A stretch of 64,000 nucleotides of DNA from Alphaproteobacteria bacterium (lineage in GTDB: Bacteria > Pseudomonadota > Alphaproteobacteria > GCA-2731375), in the NCBI GenBank assembly GCA_965225945.1, contig CBDDBZ010000031.1, positions 96,001 through 160,000 of the forward strand. The letters are read 5' to 3'. Under the pieces are notes generated by a model. That model saw only the letters and a list, made by a program, of their open reading frames with translations. It was not told the origin of the DNA and ran no database searches. The translations under genes and the position numbers were made by a program. This document shows positions 23,405-32,808 of this stretch, in pieces (within the stretch, counting starts at the first letter, position 1; each line of letters starts with the position of its first letter).

Positions 23405-24429
23405 GGCTCAATTCGTGAATTGTATGCGTCACCTTGTTACGGCGGCGGCGAGGCAGGCTCGGTCATTGGCGCCGGGGGCGAGGCCGACGAGGTGGAACCA
23501 GCTCAGGTAGTTGTCCAGATAGCGGGTGGCGATGCCGCGGCGGGGACGCAGGAAGTCCTTCAACCGGCTGTGGCGGCTGTTCACCGTCTGCACATGCAGA
23601 TCGCCCCGAACCCGTTCCCCCATCGAGCGGTTGAGTGCTTCGTGGCTCACCCCGAGCGCGGCGGCGCACGGTGGGTAGCTCGCGCCGCCGTCGGAGACCA
23701 GCAGGGCGTCCTTCGCGACCACCGGGTCGAGGGCAGCCGTGAGCGCCGCCGCATCGACCCTGGGCAGCACCGCGCTGACCGTCGTTCCGCTCCGGTCCGC
23801 CGCCATGAGAACCGGTACCTGCTCGCGCGAGAGGCCGCGCTTCTTCGCCTTGCCGCCCCGCCGCCGTGCCTTGCGCCCCAGCCCGCGCGCGCCCTTCCGG
23901 CTCTCCAGGACGTAGGTCTCGTCCGCTTCCACGATCCCCTTGAGCACCTCCGAATCGCTCCGCGCCGCCGCCAGAAACCGGTGACGCCAGCGGAACGCCG
24001 TGCTCACCGCCACGTCGCAGCGCGCCGCCGACGCCTTCACCGTCTCCCCCTTCGCCAGCGACGCCCCGAACGACAGCCAGCGTTCCTTGTGGTGCAAGCC
24101 CGACAGCGGCGTACCGGTCAGCGCGTTGAAGGTCCTGCCGCAGCCCTTGCACTGGTAGCGCCGCAGACCCCGCGCCATACCGCGCGAAACCGCCCCTTCG
24201 CTCGCGCAGTGCGGACAGCGCCGGGCCTCGTCCACACCAAGCTCGATCGCGGCCTTCGATGCCTCGCCCTCGCTCCGGCCCGACAGCACCGCGAGCGCCT
24301 CGCGCCGCTGCGCGCGCGTCAGCCCGCGCGCCGCCGAAAGCCACACCTGGAAACCCTTGCCGTCCATAACCCAACCTCCTGACGTTCCAGGCACTCTATC
24401 ACTAATGCATACAATTCACGAATTGAGCC
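23405..24429 (-). mobile_element. IS1595-family element, copy 1 (1025 bp)
   Basis: 23-bp perfect IR GGCTCAATTCGTGAATTGTATGC; 8-bp TSD TAAAAATT. Confidence 0.95.
23429..24394 (-). CDS. IS1595 transposase
   Basis: CPHC/CKGC zinc ribbon; EADETY, SDG and HVQTVNS motifs. Confidence 0.92.
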   Translation of the reverse strand: MPGTSGGWVMDGKGFQVWLSAARGLTRAQRREALAVLSGRSEGEASKAAIELGVDEARRCPHCASEGAVSRGMARGLRRYQCKGCGRTFNALTGTPLSGLHHKERWLSFGASLAKGETVKASAARCDVAVSTAFRWRHRFLAAARSDSEVLKGIVEADETYVLESRKGARGLGRKARRRGGKAKKRGLSREQVPVLMAADRSGTTVSAVLPRVDAAALTAALDPVVAKDALLVSDGGASYPPCAAALGVSHEALNRSMGERVRGDLHVQTVNSRHSRLKDFLRPRRGIATRYLDNYLSWFHLVGLAPGANDRACLAAAVTR

Positions 24430-24514
24430 TAAAAATTAGACCCGCCGGCCCGCCCATGCGAGATTTGGCGACGATTGCGGCCGCGCGGCGCCCGATCGGT
24501 CGGGAGGATCTCGG

Positions 24515-24760
24515 ATGCACGTCGGCATAAGCGCGTTCTTTCAGAACCGCATCGAGGGCATGAGCGACCGCGAGGTCGACTATGTCGAGCGGACCGACGC
24601 CGGCGGCCTCATCACCATGTTCAGCTATGGCGGCATGCCGCATGACATGGCCAAGGCCAACATGCGCCTCTTCGCCGAGAAGGTGCTTCCCAGGCTCAAG
24701 GCGCGCGATTGTGGCGTCGAGATCGGCGGCGGCGGGGCCCTCCACGTCGCCGCCGAATAG
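24515..24760 (+). pseudogene. Internally deleted LLM-class flavin-dependent oxidoreductase
   Basis: N-terminal MHVGISAFFQN...SDREV is fused to C-terminal FSYGGMPHDMAKANMRLFAEKVLP. Confidence 0.65.
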
Positions 24761-25916
24761 CCTCCCCCGCCGCTGGCTCGCGCTGGCCGTTCTCGGCCTT
24801 TGGCTGGGGCTCGCGCCGACGCCGACATCGGCCCATGTGGCCAATCTCTCGACCTCGCGTCTCGACGTGGCGGCCGGCGGCATCCGCCAGGTCATCGACG
24901 TCCATCGCGTCGACCTGGAGGCGGCTCTCGGGCGCTCCTTCGGCGACGAGGGGACGATCGTCGAGGGCGCGATCGTCGCCGATCCCGAGGCGACACGCGC
25001 TTATCTCCTGGCGAACGCCCGCCTGTTGGATGGCGAGGGCCGCGACTGCGAGGTCGCGCCCGACCCGCCGCGCCACGTCGAGACCCACGTGGTGGCGACC
25101 GCCACCTGGCACTGTCCGGCGGGCGGGCGCCTGCGCTATCGTGTCACCCTGTTCCACGCCACCGATCCGAACGCCCGCCATCTGGTGCTGATCTTCCGGG
25201 GCGAGGGGGAGCCGATCCAGGGTCTATTGAACGTGGGGCAGCCCGAGATCGCGCTCGACGCGCCCGCCGCCTGGCACCAGGTGGCGCGCCGTCACGTCGT
25301 CTTCGGCATCGAGCACATCGCCATCGGCTTCGACCACATCGCCTTCCTCCTGGCGTTGATCCTCTGGGCCCGGCGGTTCTGGCCCTTCGTCGTCGTGGTG
25401 ACGGCCTTCACCCTCGCGCACTCGATCACCCTCGCGCTCGCGGTGCTGGAGGTGGCGAGCCTCCCGGGCGCGGGAATCGAGATCGCAATCGCCGCCACGA
25501 TCGTCTACGCGGCGGCGGAGAATTTGTTCTCCCGGGCGGGCGAGAAGCGCTGGCGCACCGCCGTCGTGCTCGGCCTGCTGCACGGCTTCGGCTTCGCCTC
25601 GGTGTTGCGCGATTTCGGCCTGCCGAGGGACCACCTGGTGCTCGCGCTCGCCGCCTTCAACATCGGGGTCGAGATCGGCCAGATGATCATCGTCGCCGCG
25701 GCCTTCGCCGTGCTCCTTGGGCTCGACCGGGCGCTGGCGCGGGGCGACGCGCCCGCCCGCTCGCCACTGCTGGTGTACACGCTCTCGCTGCCGATTCTCG
25801 CGCTCGGCGTCTATTGGTTGATCGAACGCGCGGTTTCGCCATTATGCCAACCGCCATCAATGGCGGTTGGCATAATGGCGCCGGAGCGAGGGGGGAACGA
25901 GGACATGAAGCCATGA
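24744..25916 (+). CDS. HupE/UreJ-family membrane protein with periplasmic N-terminal domain (start codon uncertain)
   Basis: Signal peptide ending SAH; GIEHIAIGFDH, FTLAHSITL, GLLHGFGFA and FNIGVEIGQ motifs. Confidence 0.8.
   Translation, partial: TSPPNSLPRRWLALAVLGLWLGLAPTPTSAHVANLSTSRLDVAAGGIRQVIDVHRVDLEAALGRSFGDEGTIVEGAIVADPEATRAYLLANARLLDGEGRDCEVAPDPPRHVETHVVATATWHCPAGGRLRYRVTLFHATDPNARHLVLIFRGEGEPIQGLLNVGQPEIALDAPAAWHQVARRHVVFGIEHIAIGFDHIAFLLALILWARRFWPFVVVVTAFTLAHSITLALAVLEVASLPGAGIEIAIAATIVYAAAENLFSRAGEKRWRTAVVLGLLHGFGFASVLRDFGLPRDHLVLALAAFNIGVEIGQMIIVAAAFAVLLGLDRALARGDAPARSPLLVYTLSLPILALGVYWLIERAVSPLCQPPSMAVGIMAPERGGNEDMKP
25837..25880. repeat. Near-perfect 44-bp palindrome (21-bp arms, 2-nt loop)
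   Basis: CGCCATTATGCCAACCGCCAT-CA-ATGGCGGTTGGCATAATGGCG. Confidence 0.9.
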
Positions 25917-27169
25917 GTTTGTCGGCCATCGACGAATTGCGCGAACCGCTCCACTGGCCAGGCGAGGGCGTGACGCGGATTCCCTACCGGTTGTTCTGCG
26001 ACCCCGAGATTTACGCCCTGGAGCAACGGCGGATCTTTCAGGGGCCGGTCTGGAACTTCCTCTGCCTGGAGATCGATATCGCGGAGCCGGGCGACTACAA
26101 GACCACCCATGTCGGCGAGGTGCCGGTCGTCGTCACGCGCGACGAGAACGGCGAGGTGCACGCGCTGATCAATCGCTGCGCGCACAAGGGCGCGCTGGTT
26201 TGCCTGAAGCAACGCGGCAACGCCAAGATGCTGACCTGCGTCTATCATGCTTGGACCTATGACCTCGGCGGCCGGCTCCAGGGCTTGGCCTTTCGCCGGG
26301 GCCTGAAGGGCAAGGGCGGCATGCCGGAGGATTTCGACCTCCGGCGCCACCGCCTGGAGCCGCTTCGCGTGGAGCTCTTCAGCGGCCTCGTCTTCGCCAC
26401 CTTTTCCGAGGAGACACCGTCGGTCGAAAGCTATCTCGGGCCGGCGATGGCCAAGTTCACCCGCCGCGCCCTGGACCGGCCGCTGCACCGCCTGGGCATG
26501 CACTCTCAGGTGATCCACAACAATTGGAAGCTCTATGCGGAAAATTTGCGCGATTCCTATCACGCGACCCTGCTGCATACCTTTTACACGACCTTCAAGA
26601 TCAACCGCCTGGACATGGATGGCGGCATCATCCTGGCCGACGACAAGTGGCACCACGTCAGCTACGCCAAGCGCGCGACCTTCGAGGAGGCGGCCGAGTA
26701 CCGGGCGGCCGAGGTCCATTCGGACCGCTTCGAGGCGAAACTGGCGGGACCTCGACTGCTCGACGCCTGGGACGAGTTCGACGACGGAATAACCCATTCC
26801 ATCCAGTCGGTGTTCCCCAATCTCGGAATTCACCTCACCTTGAATTCCCTTTGCGTGCGCTATTTCGCGCCGCGTGGCGTCGAGCGCACGGAGCTCTTCT
26901 GGCACTACCTCGGCTGCGACGACGACGACGAGGCGCAAACCCGGATGCGGATCATGCAGGGCAATCTGACCGGCGCGGCGGGGCTCGTTTCCCTGGAAGA
27001 CGGCTGCATCAACGAATTCGTGCAGCGCGGCACGCGCGGCGCCGCCGACCGCGCCGCCTTCATGGAAATGGGCGGGCGGGACGTCGAATCGAGCGACGCC
27101 AGCCGAGCGACGGAGGTCGCCGTTCGCGGGTTCTGGACCGGCTATCGGCGCGTCATGGGGATCAGTTGA
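25913..27169 (+). CDS. Rieske aromatic ring-hydroxylating oxygenase alpha subunit (salicylate/anthranilate-type)
   Basis: NRCAHKG...CVYHAW Rieske motif; NWKLYAEN..DSYHATLLH mononuclear iron site; LEDG. Confidence 0.9.
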   Translation: MSLSAIDELREPLHWPGEGVTRIPYRLFCDPEIYALEQRRIFQGPVWNFLCLEIDIAEPGDYKTTHVGEVPVVVTRDENGEVHALINRCAHKGALVCLKQRGNAKMLTCVYHAWTYDLGGRLQGLAFRRGLKGKGGMPEDFDLRRHRLEPLRVELFSGLVFATFSEETPSVESYLGPAMAKFTRRALDRPLHRLGMHSQVIHNNWKLYAENLRDSYHATLLHTFYTTFKINRLDMDGGIILADDKWHHVSYAKRATFEEAAEYRAAEVHSDRFEAKLAGPRLLDAWDEFDDGITHSIQSVFPNLGIHLTLNSLCVRYFAPRGVERTELFWHYLGCDDDDEAQTRMRIMQGNLTGAAGLVSLEDGCINEFVQRGTRGAADRAAFMEMGGRDVESSDASRATEVAVRGFWTGYRRVMGIS

Positions 27170-27170
27170 G

Positions 27171-27659
27171 ATGGGCGCCGAGGGGGTCCCGGTCGATCCG
27201 GAGACGAGGCGGCGCATCGAGGACTTCTTCACCGATTACGGCCACGGAATCGACGACGGGAAGCTCGAGACCTGGCCGGACTTCTTCACCGAGGACGGCG
27301 TCTACCGGATCACCACGCGGGAGAATTTGGAGGCGGGCCTGCCGCTCGGCATTTTCTATTGCGAGGGCCGCGGCATGATGGCCGATCGCGTCCACGCGCT
27401 CGAGACCGCGAACGTCTTCGAGCCGCACAGCTATTGCCATCTGCTCGGCCGGCCGACGCTGGCGCGCGAGGGCGAGGCGGTGTGCGCGCGGAGCAATTTC
27501 GCCGTCGTCCGCACCATGCAGGACGGCGCCAGCGAGATGTTCGCCGTCGGCAAGTATCTCGACCGGGTCGTGTTCGAGGACGGCGCGCCGCGCTTCGCCG
27601 ATCGCCGCGTCGTGCTGGAAAGCCACCGGATCGATATCCTCCTGGTGTTTCCGCTGTAG
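27171..27659 (+). CDS. Ring-hydroxylating oxygenase beta subunit
   Basis: WPDFFTEDGVY and GKYLDRV motifs, C-terminal LLVFPL; follows the alpha subunit. Confidence 0.9.
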   Translation: MGAEGVPVDPETRRRIEDFFTDYGHGIDDGKLETWPDFFTEDGVYRITTRENLEAGLPLGIFYCEGRGMMADRVHALETANVFEPHSYCHLLGRPTLAREGEAVCARSNFAVVRTMQDGASEMFAVGKYLDRVVFEDGAPRFADRRVVLESHRIDILLVFPL

Positions 27660-27683
27660 GCGGGAATTCGCTCGCGCCTCGAC

Positions 27684-27752
27684 CTAGAGCGTGACCCGGA
27701 GTTCCCGTCCCCGGCGCTCGAAGCCAATCCGTTGGTAGCTCGCGAAGTCCAT
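27684..27752 (-). pseudogene. 5' stub of an enoyl-CoA hydratase-like gene
   Basis: GAAGGAGA RBS, then MDFASYQRIGFERRGRELRVTL and a stop. Confidence 0.45.
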
Positions 27753-27801
27753 CTTTTCTCCTTCCCGTCCATCCGACGGCACGATGGCAAAGCCCCTCGC
27801 C

Positions 27802-29007
27802 TCAGCGTCGAAGCGAGAGCGCCAGGTTGAGCGGCAGCATCGCCAGCAGGACGTAGATCGTCGAGCCCCAGGCCAGCACCGTGACCGTCGCGCCCGCGTC
27901 GATCCACCAGCCCATGGTGGCCGGCGCCGCCGCGCTGCCGAGCGACGACAGCACGGCGGCGATCGAGCGAATCGCGCCCAGATGGGCAACGCCGTAAAGC
28001 TCCGCCCACATGGCGTTGATGATGGTGAAGGAAGCCCCGGACCCCGCGCCCAGCAACGCGAGATAGAAAACCGCGCCCGCCTTGTGCTCGACGGTGGCCA
28101 GGATCGCCGCCGAGAGCGCCAGCGGCACCAGATAGGCTCGCGCCAGCCGACGCGCGCTCCAGCGATCGACGAGCGGCCCGAGCAGAATCGCCGTGACCGC
28201 CTTGGCCGCCGCGTAGCCGAGGAAGCAACCGGCAATTAGGGCGAGGCTCCAGCCCCGCGAGTCGGCAAAATGGGCTTGATGGAAAATCAAACCGGTGGAG
28301 ACGTAGGAAGGCGCCAGCAGGGCGGGAGCTATGAGCCAGAAACGGATGTCGTGCAGCATCTCGCGGCGGGTCCACTGTCGCCCGGAATAGCCTCGCCCGG
28401 CCCGTGTCGCCGGCGCGCCCATGGCCGCCGTCTCGGCCTTCAGCAGAAGGTGGATCGTGGGCATGATGACAAGGACGAGGAATCCGGCATAGAGCACCCA
28501 GGTGGCCCGCCAGCCGATCGCCGCCATCAGGGCCACGGCCAGCAGCGGCAATAGGCTCTCGCCCAGCGGCTGGCCGAAGGAGACGATGCCGACGGCCTTG
28601 CCGCGGTTGGCGTCGAAGGTGCGCAAGGTGCCGGTGATCGCGGTGTGCGACATCAACCCCTGACCGCAGAGCCGCAGCAGATAGAAGGCGAGCGCCAGGG
28701 CCCAGACGGCGGGGGTCCATGCCATGGTCATACAGCTCACCACCATGCCGGCGGTGACGGCGAGCGCCAACGGCCTGAGCGCCACCACGTCGATCAGACG
28801 GCCGAACCAGATCATCGTCATGCCGGCGAACAGCGTTGCCACGGAATAGATCGTGCCGACCGCGCCATGGCCGAGGCCGAACTCCGCCCGGACCTCGCCC
28901 ATGTAGAGCGAGATGAAGAAGGTCTGGCCGAAGCTGGCCGAGGCGGCGAGCAGCAGGCCGAAGGTGAGGAAGCGCGCATTCGCCCGGAAGAAGGCGAGGT
29001 AGCTCAT
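27802..29007 (-). CDS. MFS transporter
   Basis: About 12 hydrophobic segments; FGQTFFISL, GRLID and GPLVDRWSAR motifs. Confidence 0.88.
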   Translation of the reverse strand: MSYLAFFRANARFLTFGLLLAASASFGQTFFISLYMGEVRAEFGLGHGAVGTIYSVATLFAGMTMIWFGRLIDVVALRPLALAVTAGMVVSCMTMAWTPAVWALALAFYLLRLCGQGLMSHTAITGTLRTFDANRGKAVGIVSFGQPLGESLLPLLAVALMAAIGWRATWVLYAGFLVLVIMPTIHLLLKAETAAMGAPATRAGRGYSGRQWTRREMLHDIRFWLIAPALLAPSYVSTGLIFHQAHFADSRGWSLALIAGCFLGYAAAKAVTAILLGPLVDRWSARRLARAYLVPLALSAAILATVEHKAGAVFYLALLGAGSGASFTIINAMWAELYGVAHLGAIRSIAAVLSSLGSAAAPATMGWWIDAGATVTVLAWGSTIYVLLAMLPLNLALSLRR

Positions 29008-29684
29008 GGCGGCCCGGCTTCATGCCAGGCGAGCGGCGGCGGCAGCTCCTCGGCGGCGTATTCGAGGTGGAGGATGCGGCGGCGCGCGCCGGTCGCGCGA
29101 TCCGAGCGGTGCAGGACCAACGGCCGCATCGCCAGAACGTCACCCGCGCCGGCAACACAGGTCACGCTGCCGCGCTCGGCGATCAACCCCTTGATTTCCG
29201 GTCTGGGGATACGCCCGAGCCGGTGCGTGCCCACCACGATCTGGAGCGCGCCCGAACTCTCGTCGGCATCGTCGAGATGCAGGCGAAGCGCCATCATCCG
29301 CTCCAGCAGCGCGATCGGCGCCAGCACGTGCGGCACCCCGCGTTTTACCGACCAGCCGTGGAAGCCCTCGACCTCCGCCTCGGCGCGGATTGCGATGGCG
29401 AGGTCCTGGTGCCAGCGGATCGCCCAACTGCGCGTCCCTACCTTGTCGAAGAGGGTCGCGCGAACCGGCCGGGCCGCCGGCCGCATCGCCGCCGGCAATA
29501 GCGCCGTCATCCTCGCCGACCCGGCGAGCGCGCGCAGACCGGGCAGTGTCGTCAGGAGATTGCGCAGACCGGGCGTCCGTTCCCCCTGCGCCAAACGGTC
29601 AAGACCGACTCGGAACCGGGCGACCTCGCCAGCCGTGAGCACGCAGGGATGGAGCCGGACGCCGTCCCGCTCCAAATTGGGCAA
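29004..29684 (-). CDS. Phytanoyl-CoA dioxygenase-family Fe/2OG enzyme
   Basis: WHQD, RLHLDD, LHRS and RRILHLEY motifs. Confidence 0.82.
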   Translation of the reverse strand: MPNLERDGVRLHPCVLTAGEVARFRVGLDRLAQGERTPGLRNLLTTLPGLRALAGSARMTALLPAAMRPAARPVRATLFDKVGTRSWAIRWHQDLAIAIRAEAEVEGFHGWSVKRGVPHVLAPIALLERMMALRLHLDDADESSGALQIVVGTHRLGRIPRPEIKGLIAERGSVTCVAGAGDVLAMRPLVLHRSDRATGARRRILHLEYAAEELPPPLAWHEAGPP

Positions 29685-29707
29685 GATGCCGTCCGTCCGC
29701 GCCGCGC

Positions 29708-30196
29708 CTAGTCGCCGGCGGCCATCAGCTTGGCAGTCTCGCGGCCGGCGATCATGCGGAGCGGGTTATAAGTGATCACCACCTCGCCCTTCTGGTTCTT
29801 GATCTCGTTGAAGCTGCGCACGATCGCGCGGCCGCCCTTGGATGTCGGGCGGATTTCCACCACCTCGACCTCGACATGGATCGTATCGCCGGCGAAGGTC
29901 GGCCCCTTGACGTCGAGTTCCATGTTGAGGAAGGCGAGCCCCGTGTGCTGCATCGTCGCCTGCACCAGCAGGCCCTCGGCGAAGCAGTAGGCCAGCGCGG
30001 CGGGCGCCACCCGCCCCTTCATCGGTGCGTGTTCGGCGAGATACTCCATGTCGGTGAACAGCACCTCCACCATGCCGGTGCAGCCGATGAAGTTGACGAT
30101 GTCGGTCTCCGTTACCGTGCGGCCGATGGTGCGGAACTTTTGCCCGACCTCGAGATCGTTCCAGAATATGCCCAGCCCGACGTATTCCAACTGCAT
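29708..30196 (-). CDS. MaoC-family (hotdog) dehydratase
   Basis: RTVTETDIVNF and GPTFAGDTI motifs. Confidence 0.85.
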   Translation of the reverse strand: MQLEYVGLGIFWNDLEVGQKFRTIGRTVTETDIVNFIGCTGMVEVLFTDMEYLAEHAPMKGRVAPAALAYCFAEGLLVQATMQHTGLAFLNMELDVKGPTFAGDTIHVEVEVVEIRPTSKGGRAIVRSFNEIKNQKGEVVITYNPLRMIAGRETAKLMAAGD

Positions 30197-30199
30197 GGC

Positions 30200-31426
30200 T
30201 CAGTCTCCCGCTTGCCTGAGTGCCTCGGCCTCGTCGTCGATCAGCGCGCCCGAGGCGGCCATCTCACGAAGCGCCGCCTCGTCGTAGCCGAGCTCGCGCA
30301 GCACCTCGCGGCCGTGTTCGCCAAAGCGCGGCGCGTGGCTTCGGATGGCGCCCGGCGACTTGGCGAACCTGACCGGCGAGCGCACCAGGATGGTCTCGCC
30401 CTCGCTCGGATGCAGGTGCTTCTCGAACATGCCGACGGCTTTCAGGTGTTCATCGTCCATCAGGTCCTCGATGTCGATCAGCGGCATCGAGGGAATCCCC
30501 GCCTCCTCGCAGAGCGCGACCCATTCCGCCGTGGTCTTGCTCGGCGTACACTCCGCGATGAAGCCATAGAGATCGTCGACGCTGGCGATGCGGGCGCGGT
30601 AGGTGGCGAAGCGCGGATCCTCCATCAGCTCGAGCCGGCCCACGGCGTCGAAGAAGCCGCGCCACTGCTTGTCGCTGTAGGGCAGGATGCAGACGTGGCC
30701 GTCCTTGGTCGGAAACGGCCGGCGGGCCGGCGTCACCACCCGCTGATAGCCCAGCGTGCCGATCGGCGGCTGGTAGGCGCAGCCGTTCAGATGCTCCACC
30801 ATGTTGAACGAGACCAGGGTCTCCAGCATCGGCACCTCGACGAACTGGCCCTCGCCCGTCCGCTCCTTGTGCAGCAGCGCCATGGCCACCGCCTGGCTCA
30901 AGGTCAGGCCGACGATCTTGTCGGCGATCGCGCTCGGCACGTAGCGGGCCTGGCCGTCCTGGCGCTTGAACAGGCTCGCCAGGCCGGAGGCCGCCTGGAT
31001 CGCGTCGTCATAGGCGGGCTTGGCCTTGTAGGGGCCGTCCTGACCGAAGCCGTAGGCGCCGACATAGACGATGTCGGGCTTGATCGCCGCCACCGCGTCA
31101 TAGTCGAAGCCGAGGCGGGCGATCGCCGCCGGCCGCATGTTGTGGACAAGCACGTCGGCGGTCGGGATCAGGCGGCGGAGCGCCTCCTTCGCCGTGTCCT
31201 GCTTCAGGTCGATCGCGAGGCTGCGCTTGTTGCGGTTGGCGTTCAGAAAGATCCCGCCCATCCCGGCGTTGCGCACGGTGCCCATGTTGCGGGCGATATC
31301 GCCGCCGGGCGGCGCCTCCACCTTGATCACGTCGGCGCCCATGTCGCCCAGGATCTGGGTGCCGTAGGGACCGAGCAGCACGGTGGTGATATCGATGACT
31401 CGAATGCCGTCGAGGGGACCGGGCAC
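30200..31426 (-). CDS. CaiB/BaiF class III CoA-transferase
   Basis: GPLDGIRVID, MGADVIKVE, NRNKRS and PAYDDAIQA motifs. Confidence 0.93.
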   Translation of the reverse strand: MPGPLDGIRVIDITTVLLGPYGTQILGDMGADVIKVEAPPGGDIARNMGTVRNAGMGGIFLNANRNKRSLAIDLKQDTAKEALRRLIPTADVLVHNMRPAAIARLGFDYDAVAAIKPDIVYVGAYGFGQDGPYKAKPAYDDAIQAASGLASLFKRQDGQARYVPSAIADKIVGLTLSQAVAMALLHKERTGEGQFVEVPMLETLVSFNMVEHLNGCAYQPPIGTLGYQRVVTPARRPFPTKDGHVCILPYSDKQWRGFFDAVGRLELMEDPRFATYRARIASVDDLYGFIAECTPSKTTAEWVALCEEAGIPSMPLIDIEDLMDDEHLKAVGMFEKHLHPSEGETILVRSPVRFAKSPGAIRSHAPRFGEHGREVLRELGYDEAALREMAASGALIDDEAEALRQAGD

Positions 31427-31450
31427 GTTTTCTCCCTTACGTTCTGGGTC

Positions 31451-32617
31451 TCAGTAGGATCGCGGCAGGTCGAGGACCCGCTCGGCGATGTAATTCAGGA
31501 TCATCTCGCGGCTGACCGGCGCGATGCGGGCGATGAAGATCTCGCGCAGGAAACGCTCGACGTCGAATTCCTTGGCGTAGCCCATGCCGCCGTGGGTCAG
31601 GACGGCGGTCTCGCAGGCGGAGAAGCCGGCCTCGGCGCCGAGATATTTGGCCGCGTTCGCCTCGGCCCCGCATTCCTCGCCGGCATCGTAGAGCGCGGCC
31701 GCCTTGTAAGCGATCAACTCGGCGGCCGCCAGTTCCGTCCAGGACTTGGCGAGGGGATGCTGGATCGCCTGGTTCTGGCCGATCGGGCGGCCGAAGACCT
31801 CGCGCTCGCGGGCGTAAGCCACCGCGCGCTCCAACGCCACCTGGCCAATCCCCACCGCTTCCACAGCCACCAGTACGCGTTCCGGGTTGAGGCCGTGCAG
31901 CAGATAGCGAAAGCCCTTGCCCTCCTCGCCGACCAGGTCCTCGTCCGGGATCGGCAGGCCGTCGATGAAGACCGCGTTGGTGTCCACCGCCATCCGGCCC
32001 ATCTTGTCGATCTCGTGGATCTCCACATAGTCGCGGTCGAGGTCGGTATAGAACAGCGACAGGCCGTCGTGCGGCCGCTTGCAATCCTCCTTGGCCGTGG
32101 TGCGGGCGAGCAGCAGGATCTTGTTCGCCGTCTGCGCCGTCGAGGTCCAGAGTTTGCGGCCGTGTGCCACCCAGCCGTTGCCCGAGCGCTCGGCCTTGGT
32201 CTCGATGTTGGCGGTGTCGAGCCCGGCGTTGGGCTCGGTCACGCCGAAGCAGGTCCGGTCCTCGCCCTTGATCAGGCGCGGGAGCGTGCGGCGCCGCTGC
32301 TCGTCGGAGCCGAACACCACCACCGGCATCGGCCCGAAGATGTTGATGTGGATCGCCGAACAGCCGGAGAGCGCGGCGCCCGAGCGGGCCACCGTCTGCA
32401 TCATCACCGCCGCCTCGCTCACGCCCAGGCCGGCGCCGCCGTATTCCTCCGGCATGGCGATGCCGAGCCAGCCGCCCTCGACCATGTCGGCGACGAATTC
32501 TTCCGGAAAGCTGCCCTCGGAATCTCGGGCGCGCCAGTATTCCGGCTGGTACTTCCGGCAGATCTTGTCGACGGCGTCGCGGATCGACTCCTGCTCGGGC
32601 GTGAAGGCGAAATCCAT
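31451..32617 (-). CDS. Acyl-CoA dehydrogenase
   Basis: FGVTEPNAG, GLNPER and THGGMGY motifs. Confidence 0.93.
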   Translation of the reverse strand: MDFAFTPEQESIRDAVDKICRKYQPEYWRARDSEGSFPEEFVADMVEGGWLGIAMPEEYGGAGLGVSEAAVMMQTVARSGAALSGCSAIHINIFGPMPVVVFGSDEQRRRTLPRLIKGEDRTCFGVTEPNAGLDTANIETKAERSGNGWVAHGRKLWTSTAQTANKILLLARTTAKEDCKRPHDGLSLFYTDLDRDYVEIHEIDKMGRMAVDTNAVFIDGLPIPDEDLVGEEGKGFRYLLHGLNPERVLVAVEAVGIGQVALERAVAYAREREVFGRPIGQNQAIQHPLAKSWTELAAAELIAYKAAALYDAGEECGAEANAAKYLGAEAGFSACETAVLTHGGMGYAKEFDVERFLREIFIARIAPVSREMILNYIAERVLDLPRSY

Positions 32618-32808
32618 TTACGGCTTCCTCGCAGCGTATCGAAAAAGGCGACCGGGCGGGGCCAATCTAGCCGATGTTGGCTAAGCGCGCGCAAGATTCC
32701 GTTTCGCAAAAATGCCTCGGCGGGAATTCAGCGAGGCTGGCGAGCGCCCCTAGCCCCCGATTTGGAGCGTCACGTCCGGTCCGTCGCGTGCCGACGGCGC
32801 CCCCGCGA

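Noticed and set aside
24800-27169. 789-aa fusion with the Rieske oxygenase
   Set aside because: The N-terminal half is an alternative frame of the HupE/UreJ gene; the real start is the ATG at 25913.
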